This document shows, piece after piece, positions 13,555-26,739 of a stretch of 64,000 nucleotides of DNA. The stretch covers positions 256,432,001 to 256,496,000 of the forward strand of contig OZ024743.1 of the NCBI GenBank assembly GCA_964016885.1, in the 5' to 3' direction. Each line of letters starts with the position of its first letter. The first letter of the stretch is position 1. The DNA is from Eledone cirrhosa. Lineage: Eukaryota. The notes beneath the pieces were generated by a model that saw nothing but the letters and a program-made list of their open reading frames with translations, had not been told where the DNA came from and searched no databases. The translations under genes were made by a program, and so were the position numbers.

Positions 13555-13945
13555 TAATAGCACTCCTGCTTCCCATGATGTAGTTCCTCATATCGATCCC
13601 AGAACATAATTTTTTAAAGACTTTTCTTAAGACTAACTGCTAAGTTATGGGGGTATAAACAAACAGTAGACATAATTACAATCATGGAGACACAAGCACA
13701 CACACAGGCACACACGTCTCTCTCTATATATATACACACACACACACATATATATATAGAGAGAGAGTGCGAGACACACACACACATACATATACACAGT
13801 TTCCATCTATTAAATTTTACTAACAAGGAATTGGTCAACCCAAGAATATAGTAGAAAACACTTGCTTAAGTTGCCACACAGTGGGACTGAACCCGAAACC
13901 ATGTGGCTCCAAATCAAATGATTTAACCACACAGCTATGTCTGTG
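13555..13945 (-). mobile_element. Old tRNA-derived CORE-SINE (OR-like), second family
   Basis: Minus strand reads gctgtgtggtta..cgggttcagtcccactgtgtggcaacttaagcaagtg; similar to 19600-19935. Confidence 0.6.
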
Positions 13946-14400
13946 GTTATTTAATGTAGAAGTGTTTTAAACAGTACATTGTAATATTAATTCAGTTGAG
14001 ACATCAATCTTTACAAAAAAATGAAAAATGGCTTCTACAGCAAAAATCTTTCTAAATATTTCAACTGTTTATTGGTTTTTCTATTTTTTTCCCCTCAGAT
14101 ATAAATACAAGTTTCGTTAACATTTTAAAATTTCTACGTTTGAATGTAAAACTATATTGGTATAAAATTATATAATATTAAATAATAATAATAATAATAA
14201 TAATAGTATCAAGAAAAATTTATTGGATAATATTTTCTATAATATCTGAGCTGAACACTTTGCTTATCTCTGGCAGAAATCGAGGATAAAAACTTGAGAA
14301 ATAACTCCAAAACGTTACGGCCCAAAAATTCTTTAGATAATCAAGGCAGTGTCAAATATTTGGAAAACTTATATATTTTGGCATATTCTAATTACAAATT

Positions 14401-14455
<55 letters not shown>

Positions 14456-14463
<8 letters not shown>

Positions 14464-14693
14464 AGATCAAAAGATGGTTAAAGGAGTTCCATGTATTTTA
14501 TTATGCGCATTTCTAAAATAAACATCATCATTGCATAATTTTTGTTTTTGAAATGCGCATAATAAAATACATGGAACTCCTTTAACAATCTTTTGATCTT
14601 ATATTATGTATACTCCAGTCCTACAAACTGTAGAGTGCTTCTTATCCGATATCTGCATTGCTTTATTGTACTACAATAAAACTCACCTCCTAC

Positions 14694-14697
<4 letters not shown>
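14456..14697. mobile_element. Mini fold-back element (arms ~14456-14520 and ~14545-14607) with tail, between TA tracts
   Basis: Inverted repeat; arms keep the 3' half of a hammerhead (GAAA TGCGCA TA ataaaata). Confidence 0.6.
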
Positions 14698-14750
<53 letters not shown>

Positions 14751-15630
14751 ATTATAAAGAAAACGAAAAATCAGTGATGCATCTGGAATTAGTTTATTTC
14801 GTGTTACAAATGTTTCGCCAGCATGTAGCCGGAGACATGGTCCTTGTATGGATCTGGCTGATTCTACTTCTGCGGGTTCTTTCAGACACGGGTGTTTCGT
14901 CCGGAGCAAGTCTGGGATGTTATCATAAAAAAAACACCCTAAAAAAACCTATTTCCACTCTTGTCATGCTATGGCTGTTTTTACTCCACGTCATCACAAG
15001 TTCTGGTCAGTATCTGCTGCCACACGGTTCATCAACTATTTTCCGTCCGACACATTTCGATGGAGTCATGCTGGGTTCAGTACTTCACACGTCTGCTCAC
15101 ACTTCAGGGTAAGCACCCACACATACGAACATACACACGTAAATACACACACACGCAGACACATACCTACTTATGCATACACACACGTACGCCTACATGC
15201 ACAGAGACACACACCCCCCACATACATACATCGAAGTATATATACACACACCCTCTCTGCCTCACTTCCACGGACCCAGTCACACCCACTTGTTGATACA
15301 TATCGCCACAAGCCTTCTGACGGCTGCTTACTTCGAGCCCTGTATCAGTTGGGATAAGCATATCCTACTCATACATATATACATACATACGCGCGCACAT
15401 ATACATACGCCCAACTTTCTATACATTTATATATATATACATCTATATATACACACATGTGCATACACATATATATATACACACATATACTTACATACAC
15501 ACACATATATATATAAACACATATACATACATACATACAAACACATATATATATATGTATATACTCACACATGTCCACACATACATACAAATACACATAC
15601 GTACATAAACGTTACCTGCACACGTACATT

Positions 15631-15684
<54 letters not shown>

Positions 15685-16010
15685 AAAGAAAAGAGACAAC
15701 TTAACATGCATACGCACATCCACATATATACATACAAATATCTACGCATATGCCGATATACGTACATCTACATATGCATACGCATACACATACGTTTTGG
15801 CACATACATAGACCTGCACATATGCATATCTGCCTACACACACACATGTGGTTCCACATATACATATATAAACACAACTGTAAGTTAAAAGTTAAAAATA
15901 CATTATGCAATAAAAAAAACGATATACCATAAAATAACGGTAAATTACCGTAACATAAAAAATATACAATGTAATATAATATACAATATGATATATATAT
16001 ATATCTCCCC

Positions 16011-16068
<58 letters not shown>

Positions 16069-16117
16069 TACACACGATCAGGGTCCGGACATCGGACGCA
16101 CAAGAACTGACAGCAGA

Positions 16118-16606
16118 ACTTGCAACTGTAGAGCGGGCACACAGTGCCTCCTACAGGGAAAATGCTTAATGAAAGCCTTAATATACAAGTGTGTGGTTAC
16201 AACCAAAAATGCGCATTGAACCTACATCGGCGCAACATCCACGACCTTTAAATCGCGGATGTATAATCACACGAATTCCTTCAGGGACCGTAGCAAAAGG
16301 GACTCCACTAGGTTAGCGGATCTCGTGTGGGACATGAAAGATCACGGCACTCTATACGCCCTGGAAGGGAGTATCGTTCGCCACGCGTGGGCATATTCGG
16401 CCGGAAGTAGAAAGTGCCGATTGTGCCTACACGAGGCCATGGAGATAGTCAGACTGAAGGATGACGCCGTCAACCTGAAGTCTGAAATTGTCATGACATG
16501 CAGACACCAGAGAAGATGCACATTTACAGCATGGAATCCGCCCAGTGACGCATGCAGGGGGCATGGGAATGAATACGCACAGACCCGATTGGCCCAGCGG
16601 TATTAG
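16118..16606 (+). pseudogene. Hydra-like PLE GIY-YIG endonuclease fragment
   Basis: CNCRAGTQCLLQGKC, IY..YIG, FKSRMYNHTNSF, STRLADLVWDMK, CRLCLHE, TCRH; one stop. Confidence 0.85.
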
Positions 16607-18905
16607 GGGACCTGACGCCATGCCATGATGACGGTGTCCGACCCGTAGGGCAATCATATGTAAACCAGGTGCGCACGTGACCGCGCACACAACATTGGAA
16701 ATACACCGCATGGGCCGGGACCGGCTGTCACGGGGCCCACTGCCGCCCGGTCCTGTGCCCTAAACATATAGAACAGCACACCCCAGCCACGGTGCCATGC
16801 CCCATGGCGATCGTGACGGGCGTCGCATTGAATGTGTACCCCGTCAATCGTGACTATATACTCTCCACCTGTTCCAGTTTGGAACAGTGATTATTAATAT
16901 CATTATTGTTCTATCATTGTTCTCTTACTGTTACCTGTTCTATACACGGACACAAGTTTGCATCTCATAATACCTGTGTGTAATATATCGCATGGATGCA
17001 CGCACGTTCTCTTGTACCCTACCGTTTTTTATTTTTTATTTTACCCGTTCCTTTATTTTACCCGTCCTTTTCTTGTACCTATTTATGCAGTTACATACAG
17101 ATTTTAGTGTACCCTTAAATATTGTAAATTTATTTATTTATTTTATTTTATTATCATATTGTGTTTATATTCGTGTGTTTTTATCTGTGGACCTGTGTGT
17201 GGGTATATGTACGTGTGTGTGTGTAGATGCGTTTGTATATATATATATATATATACGTGTGTGTGTGTGTGTGCTGGGGTGTGTGTATGGGCATGGGTGC
17301 GTGTGTGCATGAGCTTATACGCACCTGTATGTGCAGACATATGCATGTATATACATATGTGGCGGAATGTATTTGTATGTGTGTGTGCATATATGTGTGT
17401 CTATATATGAATATATATATACATATATATATATCTATGTCTATCTATGTATGTGTGAGTATGTACGTATAGCCACGTATGAGTAGATGTGTGTTTGTGT
17501 GGGTGAGTAAGTGTGCGTATATATATGCGTGTGTGTATGGAGATATATGGATATGTGTGTGGGTGCAGGTGTATGCATATGCCGGCCTCTATATGTGCGT
17601 ATGTGTATTTGTGCATACAAGTATGTGTTTATGTGCATCTCATAGGAATGTGTGCTGATGATTATATATGGACTATATATGCTTTTTATTATTACTATTA
17701 TTCTTGTTGTATTACTTTATCACATATCCTTTATATATATCCGTATATGTATGTATTTGTCTGTGTACATGTGTGTGTGTATGTGTATATATATATATTA
17801 GAGGAAGATATATATATATATTTCATATTGTATATTATATTACATTGTATATTTTTTATGTTACGGTAATTTACCGTTATTTTATGGTATATTGTTTTTT
17901 ATTGCATAATGTATTTTTAACTTTTAACTTACAGTTGTGTTTATATATGTATATGTGGAAGCACATGTGTGTGTAGGCAGATATGCATGTGTGCAGGTGT
18001 ATGCATGTGACAACACGTATGCGTATGCATGTGTAGATGTATGTATATCGGCATATGCGTAGGTATTTGTAGTATATATGTGGATGTGCGTATGCATGTT
18101 AAGTTGTCTCTTTTCTTTTGTGTATATATATATGTATGTGTGTGTCTGTATGTACGTGTGTAGGTAATGTTTATGTACGTATGTGTATTTGAATGTATGT
18201 GTGGACATGTGTGAGTATATACATATATATATGTGTGTGTATGTATGTATATGTGTGTATATATATATGTGTATGCATATGTGTGTATATATCTATGTAT
18301 GTGTGTATGTATATATGTGTGTGTATGAGTGTGTATATATAGATGTATATAGATGTATATATATATTAATGTATAGAAAGTTGGGCGTATGTATATGTGC
18401 GCGCGTATGTATATATGTATGAGTAGGATATGCTTATCCCAACTGATACAGGGCGCGAAGTAAGCAGCCGTCAGAAGGCTTGTGGCGATATGTATCAACA
18501 AGTGGGTGTGACTGGGTCCGTGGAAGTGAGGGAGAGAAGGTGTGTGTATATATACTTCTATGTATGTATGTTGGGGTGTGGGTGTCTGTGCATGTAGGCC
18601 TACGTGTGTGTATGCATAAGTAGGTATGTGTCTGCGTGTGTGTATGTTTACGTGTGTATGTTCGTATGTGTGGGTGCTTACCCTGAAGTGTGAGCAGACG
18701 TGTGAAATACTGAATCCAGCATGACTCCATCGAAATGTGTCGGACGAAAAATAGTTGAAGAACCGTGTGGCAGCAGATACTGACCAGAACTTGTGACGAC
18801 GTGGAATAAAAACAGCCATAGCATGACAAGAGTATACATAGTTTTTTTTTAGGGCGTTTTTTTACGATAACACCCCAGTGATAAGATTTGCTCCGGACGA
18901 AACAC

Positions 18906-18998
18906 CCGTGTCTGAAAGAACCCGCAGAAGTAGAATCAGCCAGATCCATACAAGGACCATGTCTCGAGCTACATGCCGGCGAAACATTTGTAACACGG
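18906..18998 (+). ncRNA. Hammerhead variant with long stem II (mirror at ~14800-14892 minus)
   Basis: ccgtgt CTGAAAGA ..~60 nt.. GAAA CATTTG TA acacgg: perfect 6-bp stem I, followed by AATAAA. Confidence 0.65.
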
Positions 18999-19290
18999 AA
19001 TAAACTAAGTCCAGATGCATCACTGATTTTTCGTTTTCTTTATAGCATCTACACTCTACTCTGATGAATATCGAGTACTAATTTTGGCATACCGCATATG
19101 GAAGCACCATAGCTACCATTATACACAACTATATACATATATATATATATTTGTGTGTATATATATATGTATATATATATATTGTGTGTGTGTGTATATA
19201 TATATATTTGTGTGTATATATGTATATATATATATAGTGTGTGTGTGTATATATATTTTTAGTGTGTGTGTATATATTTATATATATATT

Positions 19291-19452
<162 letters not shown>

Positions 19453-19599
19453 ATTGATTTACATTTGCAAGCATTAAATTGTAAATATCTATGATAGGTT
19501 TATACTTTTGAACTTTTTATTAGTTTTACATTTATCTTTCCATATTTGTTTCTTTACAATATTTTTAAATTTATATTCTTCTATTTTGTTGGTGGTTTC

Positions 19600-19935
19600 T
19601 GTCATTCAACAGTGGCCATACTGTGGGACCACCACAAACGAAATGAGTCAATAACTTTGACCACTCAGTTTCGTATTTTTATATCAGTTACGTTTTGTTG
19701 AACCGTTAAGTCATGGGACATAATCCAACACTAAATGAATGTAAATATAGACATAGACACAGATACATATACAGAATGAGCTTCTACACAGTTTCTGTCT
19801 GCCAAATTTAATTAACCAGACAGTGGTAAAACTGGTGCTACAATAGATGTTACCTGCCCAAAGTTCCAGGCATTGGAACTGAACCTAAAACAACATGAAT
19901 GTGAAAGAAATTAGTTAACCCCACAGTCATACCTA
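19600..19935 (-). mobile_element. Degenerate CORE-SINE (OR-like)
   Basis: Similar to 13555-13945, with tRNA-like head at the right end. Confidence 0.5.
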
Positions 19936-19994
19936 CAACTATAGAAATGATTTAAGAGAGAAATGCGCCTAATATGTTCCACTGGATTTGAAAG

Positions 19995-20270
19995 AAAAGC
20001 TGCACATAAGAGGAATAAGGTGTAATGAGCAAGAGAGAAGGCTGCACTGGCATAGACATGTAAAGTGTTTGAATAATAATTGGTTGGTGAAGAAGTGCCA
20101 GCAGTGGAAGGAAGCTGTGATAGAGGAAGACCAAGAATGATCAGAGTAGGAGTGGCGAAAGCTTATCTTAGAACACTGACCCTCACAAAGAAGACTGTGG
20201 AAGAATATAGGCGGAGAGAAGAGCATAGAGAAATGGACATAAAAAGAATGCTGAAGTTGATATAAATACC
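19995..20270 (+). mobile_element. RTE LINE 3' fragment
   Basis: ERRLHWHRHV..VEGSCDRGRPR motif; a similar remnant lies at ~28260-28560 minus. Confidence 0.55.
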
Positions 20271-20544
20271 TTCCATATAATCATCAGCATAGTGAAGTTC
20301 AATTTATATGTACCTAAGTATCCACATATTACAAGACATACAAAGCAGTCATATATGCAATTACCCTATTTTACTCATTGTCATCTAAGAATGTTAAAAT
20401 ATAAATATATCAAATAATCCAAACATCTGTCTGGCTTCTATCTTAAAGTATTTCCATTAAGGACAATTCTGATTGGTATGTATGTGTCATTCTCATAACT
20501 ATATGACAAAAGATGTATCTATGAGATGATATATTTAGATATTT

Positions 20545-20946
20545 ATCATCATCATCATCATCATCATTATCATTTTACGTCCTCTTTTCCCTGCTTGCAA
20601 GGGTGGGACGGGAAATGATTCTGGCTTGATTTCTACAGCTGGATGCCCTTCCTAACACGAACCTCATTTACAGTGAGTGTTGGGTGCTTTTCGTTACTGT
20701 GGCGCCTTCACGTCCACTTTACAGACTGGGCTGGGTACTTCTTTGACGTGGCACCTCAACGACCACTTTGCAGTGGGATGATAAGGACTCTAGTCCTATC
20801 ATCTCCATTCTACAGCTGAGTAAACTGAAGCAATGTGAAATAAAGTGTCTTGCTCAAGGAAACAACACATCACCCTGTCTGAGAATTGAACTCACAACCT
20901 TTCGATTGTAAGCCCAATGCTCTAACTACTAAGCCATGTGCCTCCA
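20545..20946 (-). mobile_element. CORE-SINE with (GAT)n tail, internal duplication
   Basis: Reverse complement of the 12480 family. Confidence 0.85.
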
Positions 20947-20988
20947 TTATGACTATATAAACATCTGTGTGTATATATATATATGTAT

Positions 20989-21149
<161 letters not shown>

Positions 21150-21174
21150 CATATGTGTGCGTGTGTGTGTGTGT

Positions 21175-21225
<51 letters not shown>

Positions 21226-21772
21226 GATATATATATATATATACACATGCATATATATATGTGTATATATATACATACATATATATATATACACACATGT
21301 TTATATACACACACATACACATCATCATCATCATCGTTTAATGTCTATCTTCCACGCTAGACGTGAATTGTCCCACTTGAGGCAAGATTGGTTGTCTTGC
21401 TCGTATAGGACTGTCTGGCAGGTTTTCTACAGCTGGATGCCCTTCCTAACACCAACCACGATTACAGTGTGAATACATATATATATATAGAGAGAGAGAG
21501 AGTGAGAGGGGGGGGGGGGGTAATTAATCAAGATCAAGAAAAGATCGCAGTTAAAAATGATACTTAACAGGTTAGCAGTGTAAAGGAAACTTTATTTCAT
21601 GTAGAAACAATTTCTACAGAATAGGTCAGTTTCATTCATATGAACTCATCAGGAATGTCCTGATATCGACATTTCTATAAAAAAAATCATTATATAGATA
21701 TGTATACATAGATATATATACACATACATATACTTACATACATATAGATATATATACATATACATATATATA

Positions 21773-22115
21773 CATGGCTTAGTGGTTAGAGCATTGGCCT
21801 TGCAATTGAAAGGTTGTGAGTTCAATTCTCAGACCGGGTGATGTGTTGTTTCCTTGAGCAAGACACTTTATTTCACATTGCTCCAGTTTCCTCAGCTGTA
21901 GAAATGAGATGATAGGGACTGGGGTCCATATCATTCCACGGCAAAGTGGTCGTGGAGGTGCCACGGCAAAAAAGCACCCAGCACTCACTGTAAATGAGGT
22001 TGGTGTTAGGAAAGGCATCCAGCTGTAGAAATCAAGCCAGAATCAGTTCCCGTCCCACCCTTGCAAGCAGGGAAAAAGCGGACGTAAAATGAAATGATGA
22101 TGATGATGATGATGA
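21773..22115 (+). mobile_element. CORE-SINE with (GAT)n tail
   Basis: Near-identical to 12480-12813. Confidence 0.87.
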
Positions 22116-22156
22116 TATATACATATACATACATATATACATACACACACACACAC

Positions 22157-22192
<36 letters not shown>

Positions 22193-22262
22193 GTTATTCC
22201 GGGTTGAATCGGAGGTAACCACAGTAAGTAGGGTACTCAATACATAGCAGAGTATAAGAATG

Positions 22263-22303
<41 letters not shown>

Positions 22304-22324
22304 ATGTATATATATATATATATA

Positions 22325-22464
22325 AGAAAAAGTATGACCCCGTCGAAATGGCTTGAGCTCTGCCGTCGGGGTTATTACTTTTTCCTATTTTCCACTCTAC
22401 TACCCTAAGTATTGATTACTCTGGTGCGTTATAGTCCATCTGATTCCTTACCACAACTCCTTCG

Positions 22465-22466
<2 letters not shown>
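22325..22466 (+). mobile_element. Minimal terminal derivative of the 47695-51353 PLE family
   Basis: Shares ggcttgagctctgccgtcgggg and the ..ccttaccaca..ccttcgtt terminus. Confidence 0.75.
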
Positions 22467-22512
<46 letters not shown>

Positions 22513-22801
22513 GTGTGTGTGTATGTATATATATATATGTATGTATATGTATATATGTGTATATATGTATGTAAGTATATGTATGTGTATATATATGTAT
22601 GTATACATATCTATATATATATATATATAATTGTTTCTACTTTTGGCACAAGGCCAGCAATTACCCAGTGCATTACTGGTACTTTATTTTATCGACCCCG
22701 TAAGGATGAAAGGCAAAATATATATAATGATTTTTTTATAGAAATGTCGAAATCAGGACATTCCTGATGATTTCATATGAATGAAATATATATATATATA
22801 T

Positions 22802-23148
22802 ATCATCATCATCATTTCATTTTATGTCCGCTTTTCCCTGCTTGCAAGGGTGGGACAGGAACTGATTCTGGCTTGATTTCTATAGCTGGATGCCCTTCCT
22901 AACACTAAACCATCCTCATTTACAGTGAGTGCTGGGTGCTTTTTTGCCGTGGCACCTCCACGACCACCTTGCAGTGGAATGATATGGACCCCAGTCCCTA
23001 TCATCTCATTTCTACAGCTGAGTAAACTGGAGCAATGTGAAATAAAGTGTCTTGCTCAAGGAAACAACACATCACCCGGTCTGAGAATTTAACTCACAAC
23101 CTTTCGATTGCAAGGCCAATGCTCTAACCACTAAGCCATGTGCCTCCA
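22802..23148 (-). mobile_element. CORE-SINE with (GAT)n tail
   Basis: Reverse complement of the 12480 family, with full head ggaggcacatggc. Confidence 0.87.
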
Positions 23149-23873
23149 TATATATATATATTTATATGTACATTCAGAAGTTTACATAAAAAAGGATTTT
23201 AATTGAAGTATTTAATTGATTTATGACCGGTTAATTAGACTAACAAGAATATTCCATTTTTGTTTAATTCCTGAGAATCGATCAGATATGGAATGAAAAC
23301 ATGGAGGAGAAACATTGAATGCTACCAAGAGAAATGAGAAGGGATTACTGCACACTGATTAATATAATCATTTTGAACCAGTTGTTTTCATATCGTATAT
23401 GGAGTCCAAAATCCACATCAAGTATTGCTATTGCAAGATACACAAACAAAAGGAAACAAGTGAAGCAGGGGATTCTGAAGAGGAGAACATATAAACCTCA
23501 CCTTTTATTAGGTTAGTATGTTACAAAAATTCCTTGAAAAGAAAAAATTCATATTAGTAAATAATTGACTAAAACATTTATTGTATCTGGAAATAAATAT
23601 AATCAAGATTAAAATAGCATAAAAAGAAGAGAGCTCTGCATAAAAATCTGCAATGATGCGATAAACTAGAGATTATATATATATGGATACATACATATAC
23701 ATACCTATAGCTCCACCCACCCCCATATATATATATATACATACACACACACACACACTCGTTTATATTTATCGTATTTGTGATACAAGTACGGTCATGT
23801 GCATTTGGTTGTTTTTTTTCGTGTTGCTTGCTTTGTTATTGCTGTTTACCTTTTACATACACATACACATACC

Positions 23874-23906
<33 letters not shown>

Positions 23907-24154
23907 TTGGGTGCAGTCTGTAACTAGCTGTTGAAGCGACTAGTGCTCGGCCATTGGGTCCTGACTCTTCATAATATATATATATATATACCTGGTAAAA
24001 GTAAACAAAAATATACATGAATATAGAAAACTTCTATTAACCAAAATGTCATTCATTGCATTTTTCAAACACTACTTTCTCTATAACATGTGATTTTAAA
24101 GAAACCCCTAGCATTTTAATTTTTTCACTATCAAATACTATTTAGGTCACTGAA

Positions 24155-26085
24155 AATGCCACCTAAAATGTAAAATCAACCTAGAGCGTAAATGAAGAAA
24201 TCCTCAAATAACTAATAGAATTTAACACCAAACTATTCACCCTAACGGAAAAATGGGACACATTACATGAATTCTCAGAAAACACACAACAAAAGACAAA
24301 GACAGTCAAATCAACAATAACATAGAAAACTATGTTAAAACAGAAACAATCGTTTAAACTATGCAATTGGAAGATAACCCATCACTTAGAGAATCATCCG
24401 AAAATGTCCCGAGATGTTTCTCTTATAAAAAACCAAATAGTTTACATGTGGAATAAAAACCTCAACTTCAGAAAATGCATATTCTGGAACATACTAAAGA
24501 ATAACAACAAAGCAAATATCTACTAACGTTGAGTAAATTCAACCCCACTGATATTATTAAGGAAAGTACAGCTAAAATCGATCGGCAATTAACCAGAACA
24601 CAAAAGCAACTACAATTAAGGCTATCTATCGTGAAAATATTTGAAACGAAATTGAATTAATGAAATTAAGAGCAAACTCAAATGAACAAAAATTACAAGG
24701 ACATTGATAAAGAAATAGAAATCGTCAAAAAATACGATGGGGGGAACAGTTGGACCATATGCATATACAATGGAAGCAAGAATATGCGAATGAGGAACTA
24801 ATTTCACAACAAAGATGGGAGAAGAACAAAAACTGGTTCTCACACTATGAAGGACAATCTAAAATAGAATATTACTTATAAAACCTATTTCCTAAGAAAA
24901 TAGAAACACAAGAAGCTACGTTGATACCATCCACACAACATAACCCCAATATCCAACCTATCAACAAAGACAATTCCAATATGAGCTAAACCCAGCCAGA
25001 AACTTTGACAAAAGGTGAACCAATGAATTTCTAAGACAAACACCACCATTTGAACACAGGAATAGTCTATCAAGGGGAAACAACTTGCCCTAAACCTAGA
25101 TGTACATAAATAATTCCAGTCGAAACCAGAATCACCTAGAAAAAAAATTACATTGAAAGAAACGACGAGAAAAAAATGATGACAGGAAAACAAACAGAAA
25201 TCAAAACTGCAGTGCGAACACACCCCATACTTGGAATTATAGAAATAATTTCAGACTGAACCAACACATAAGGAACAGGTACAGGGAAGAGAATAATATA
25301 TACAATTTGGATATACACAATAATTACAAAAAACCACAACATAAAAAATACTGACAGTAGGAATAATATAGGGAAACGTTATCCTAACAACCATTTTTAG
25401 AGAGAAACCAGAGATACTGAGATATGGGATGGACCACAGTCATGAGAAGCCAAAAATAATCAATCTCTCACAAATATTGCTAACACATACAAACAGACAT
25501 TCTGGGTAAAAGACTAAAATTTACACCCACTCCTCAAAACCAAATATAACCATTTCTGACTTCCGCAGAAGACTCAGACTAACGGAACAATTTTTCGAAA
25601 AAGACAACGATGAATCAGTAATTAGAAACAAAAAGGAATATCAACCCCACAAAAGGCAGGAATGAAGGTCTTAAGAAATTTTAAGATTACATTTCAAATT
25701 TTCCAGTTGAAAAACTGGAAAAGGCAAAGAGTCCAACTTTACCAGACAACAATGGGAGAGCATTTAAACGATCTGAAACGGGATAAAATCATTATCATAA
25801 AAGAATCCGATAAAGGAGGCACTGTTGTGATTATGGACACTAAGCATTACAATAAAATAGTATGCTATAGGAAAATACAAACTATGAGGACGCCAACAAC
25901 TACAAAACTCCATAAAGTGATGAAACAACTCACTAATTACTATTAGAATACCAAAACCGACTAACTGCCACAAAATTAGATTATCTCACTAATTCTAGAT
26001 GTAAAACGAGTAATCTCTGTGGATTGCTGAAAGTACATAAATATAAATTAATTAATGAGACATGCAAAATGGCGAAAAAGAGATC
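24155..26085 (+). pseudogene. Heavily decayed N-terminal part of a Neptune-like PLE ORF
   Basis: KIINLS, LKFTPTP, FRRRLRLTEQFF, IIIKESDKGGTVVIMD, CGLLKVHK in shifting frames; the left boundary is uncertain. Confidence 0.7.
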
Positions 26086-26260
26086 TTGGAATCTCTGTTA
26101 ACAGTTTAGATATTTCTCTGCACATAACTGATGAGATGTTGAAAAAGAGCCAGACCCCGTCATCTTGATTGTACTCTGAACTGATCAATATCTAAACAAT
26201 TGTAATATGCTAATAAAGTTTGTACATATGATGCAACACTGACATTGATTCTGCTTAATA

Positions 26261-26293
<33 letters not shown>

Positions 26294-26295
<2 letters not shown>

Positions 26296-26639
26296 CATCA
26301 TCATCATCATTTCATTTTACGTCCGCTTTTTCCCTGCTTGCAAGGGTGGGACGGGAACTGATTCTGGCTTGATTTCTACAGCTGGATGCCCTTCCTAACA
26401 CCAACCTCATTTATAGTGAGTGCTGGGTGCTTTTTTGCCGTGGCACCTCCATGACCACTTTACAGTGGAATGATAGGGACACCAGTCCCTATCATTTCAT
26501 TTCTACAGCTGAGTAAACTGGAGCAACGTGAAATAAAGTGTCTTGCTCAAGGAAACAACACATCACCCGGTCTGAGAATTGAACTCACAACCTTTCGATT
26601 GCAAGGCCAATGCTCTAATCACTAACCCATGTGCCTCCA
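26294..26639 (-). mobile_element. CORE-SINE with (GAT)n tail
   Basis: Reverse complement of the 12480 family. Confidence 0.87.
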
Positions 26640-26659
26640 TATATATATATATGTGTATA

Positions 26660-26699
<40 letters not shown>

Positions 26700-26702
26700 T
26701 AT

Positions 26703-26739
<37 letters not shown>

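Larger units (their letters stand above)
14753..19130 (+). mobile_element. Truncated Hydra-like PLE with ~1.3-kb inverted copy (~14753-16040 vs ~17770-19044) and tail to ~19130
   Basis: Long inverted repeat read directly (the ORF track shows the same pseudo-peptides on both strands); central GIY-YIG. Confidence 0.85.
21521..22786. mobile_element. Short fold-back PLE end (arms ~21630-21696 and ~22719-22786) whose spacer holds later insertions
   Basis: Inverted ~67-bp arms containing CTGATGA..GAAA. Confidence 0.55.

Noticed and set aside
19061-19110. CTGATGA as a second hammerhead
   Set aside because: No GAAA box or consistent stems downstream.
23930-23975. Possible decayed hammerhead on the minus strand
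   Set aside because: Both core boxes are mutated and stem I is missing; too weak to call.
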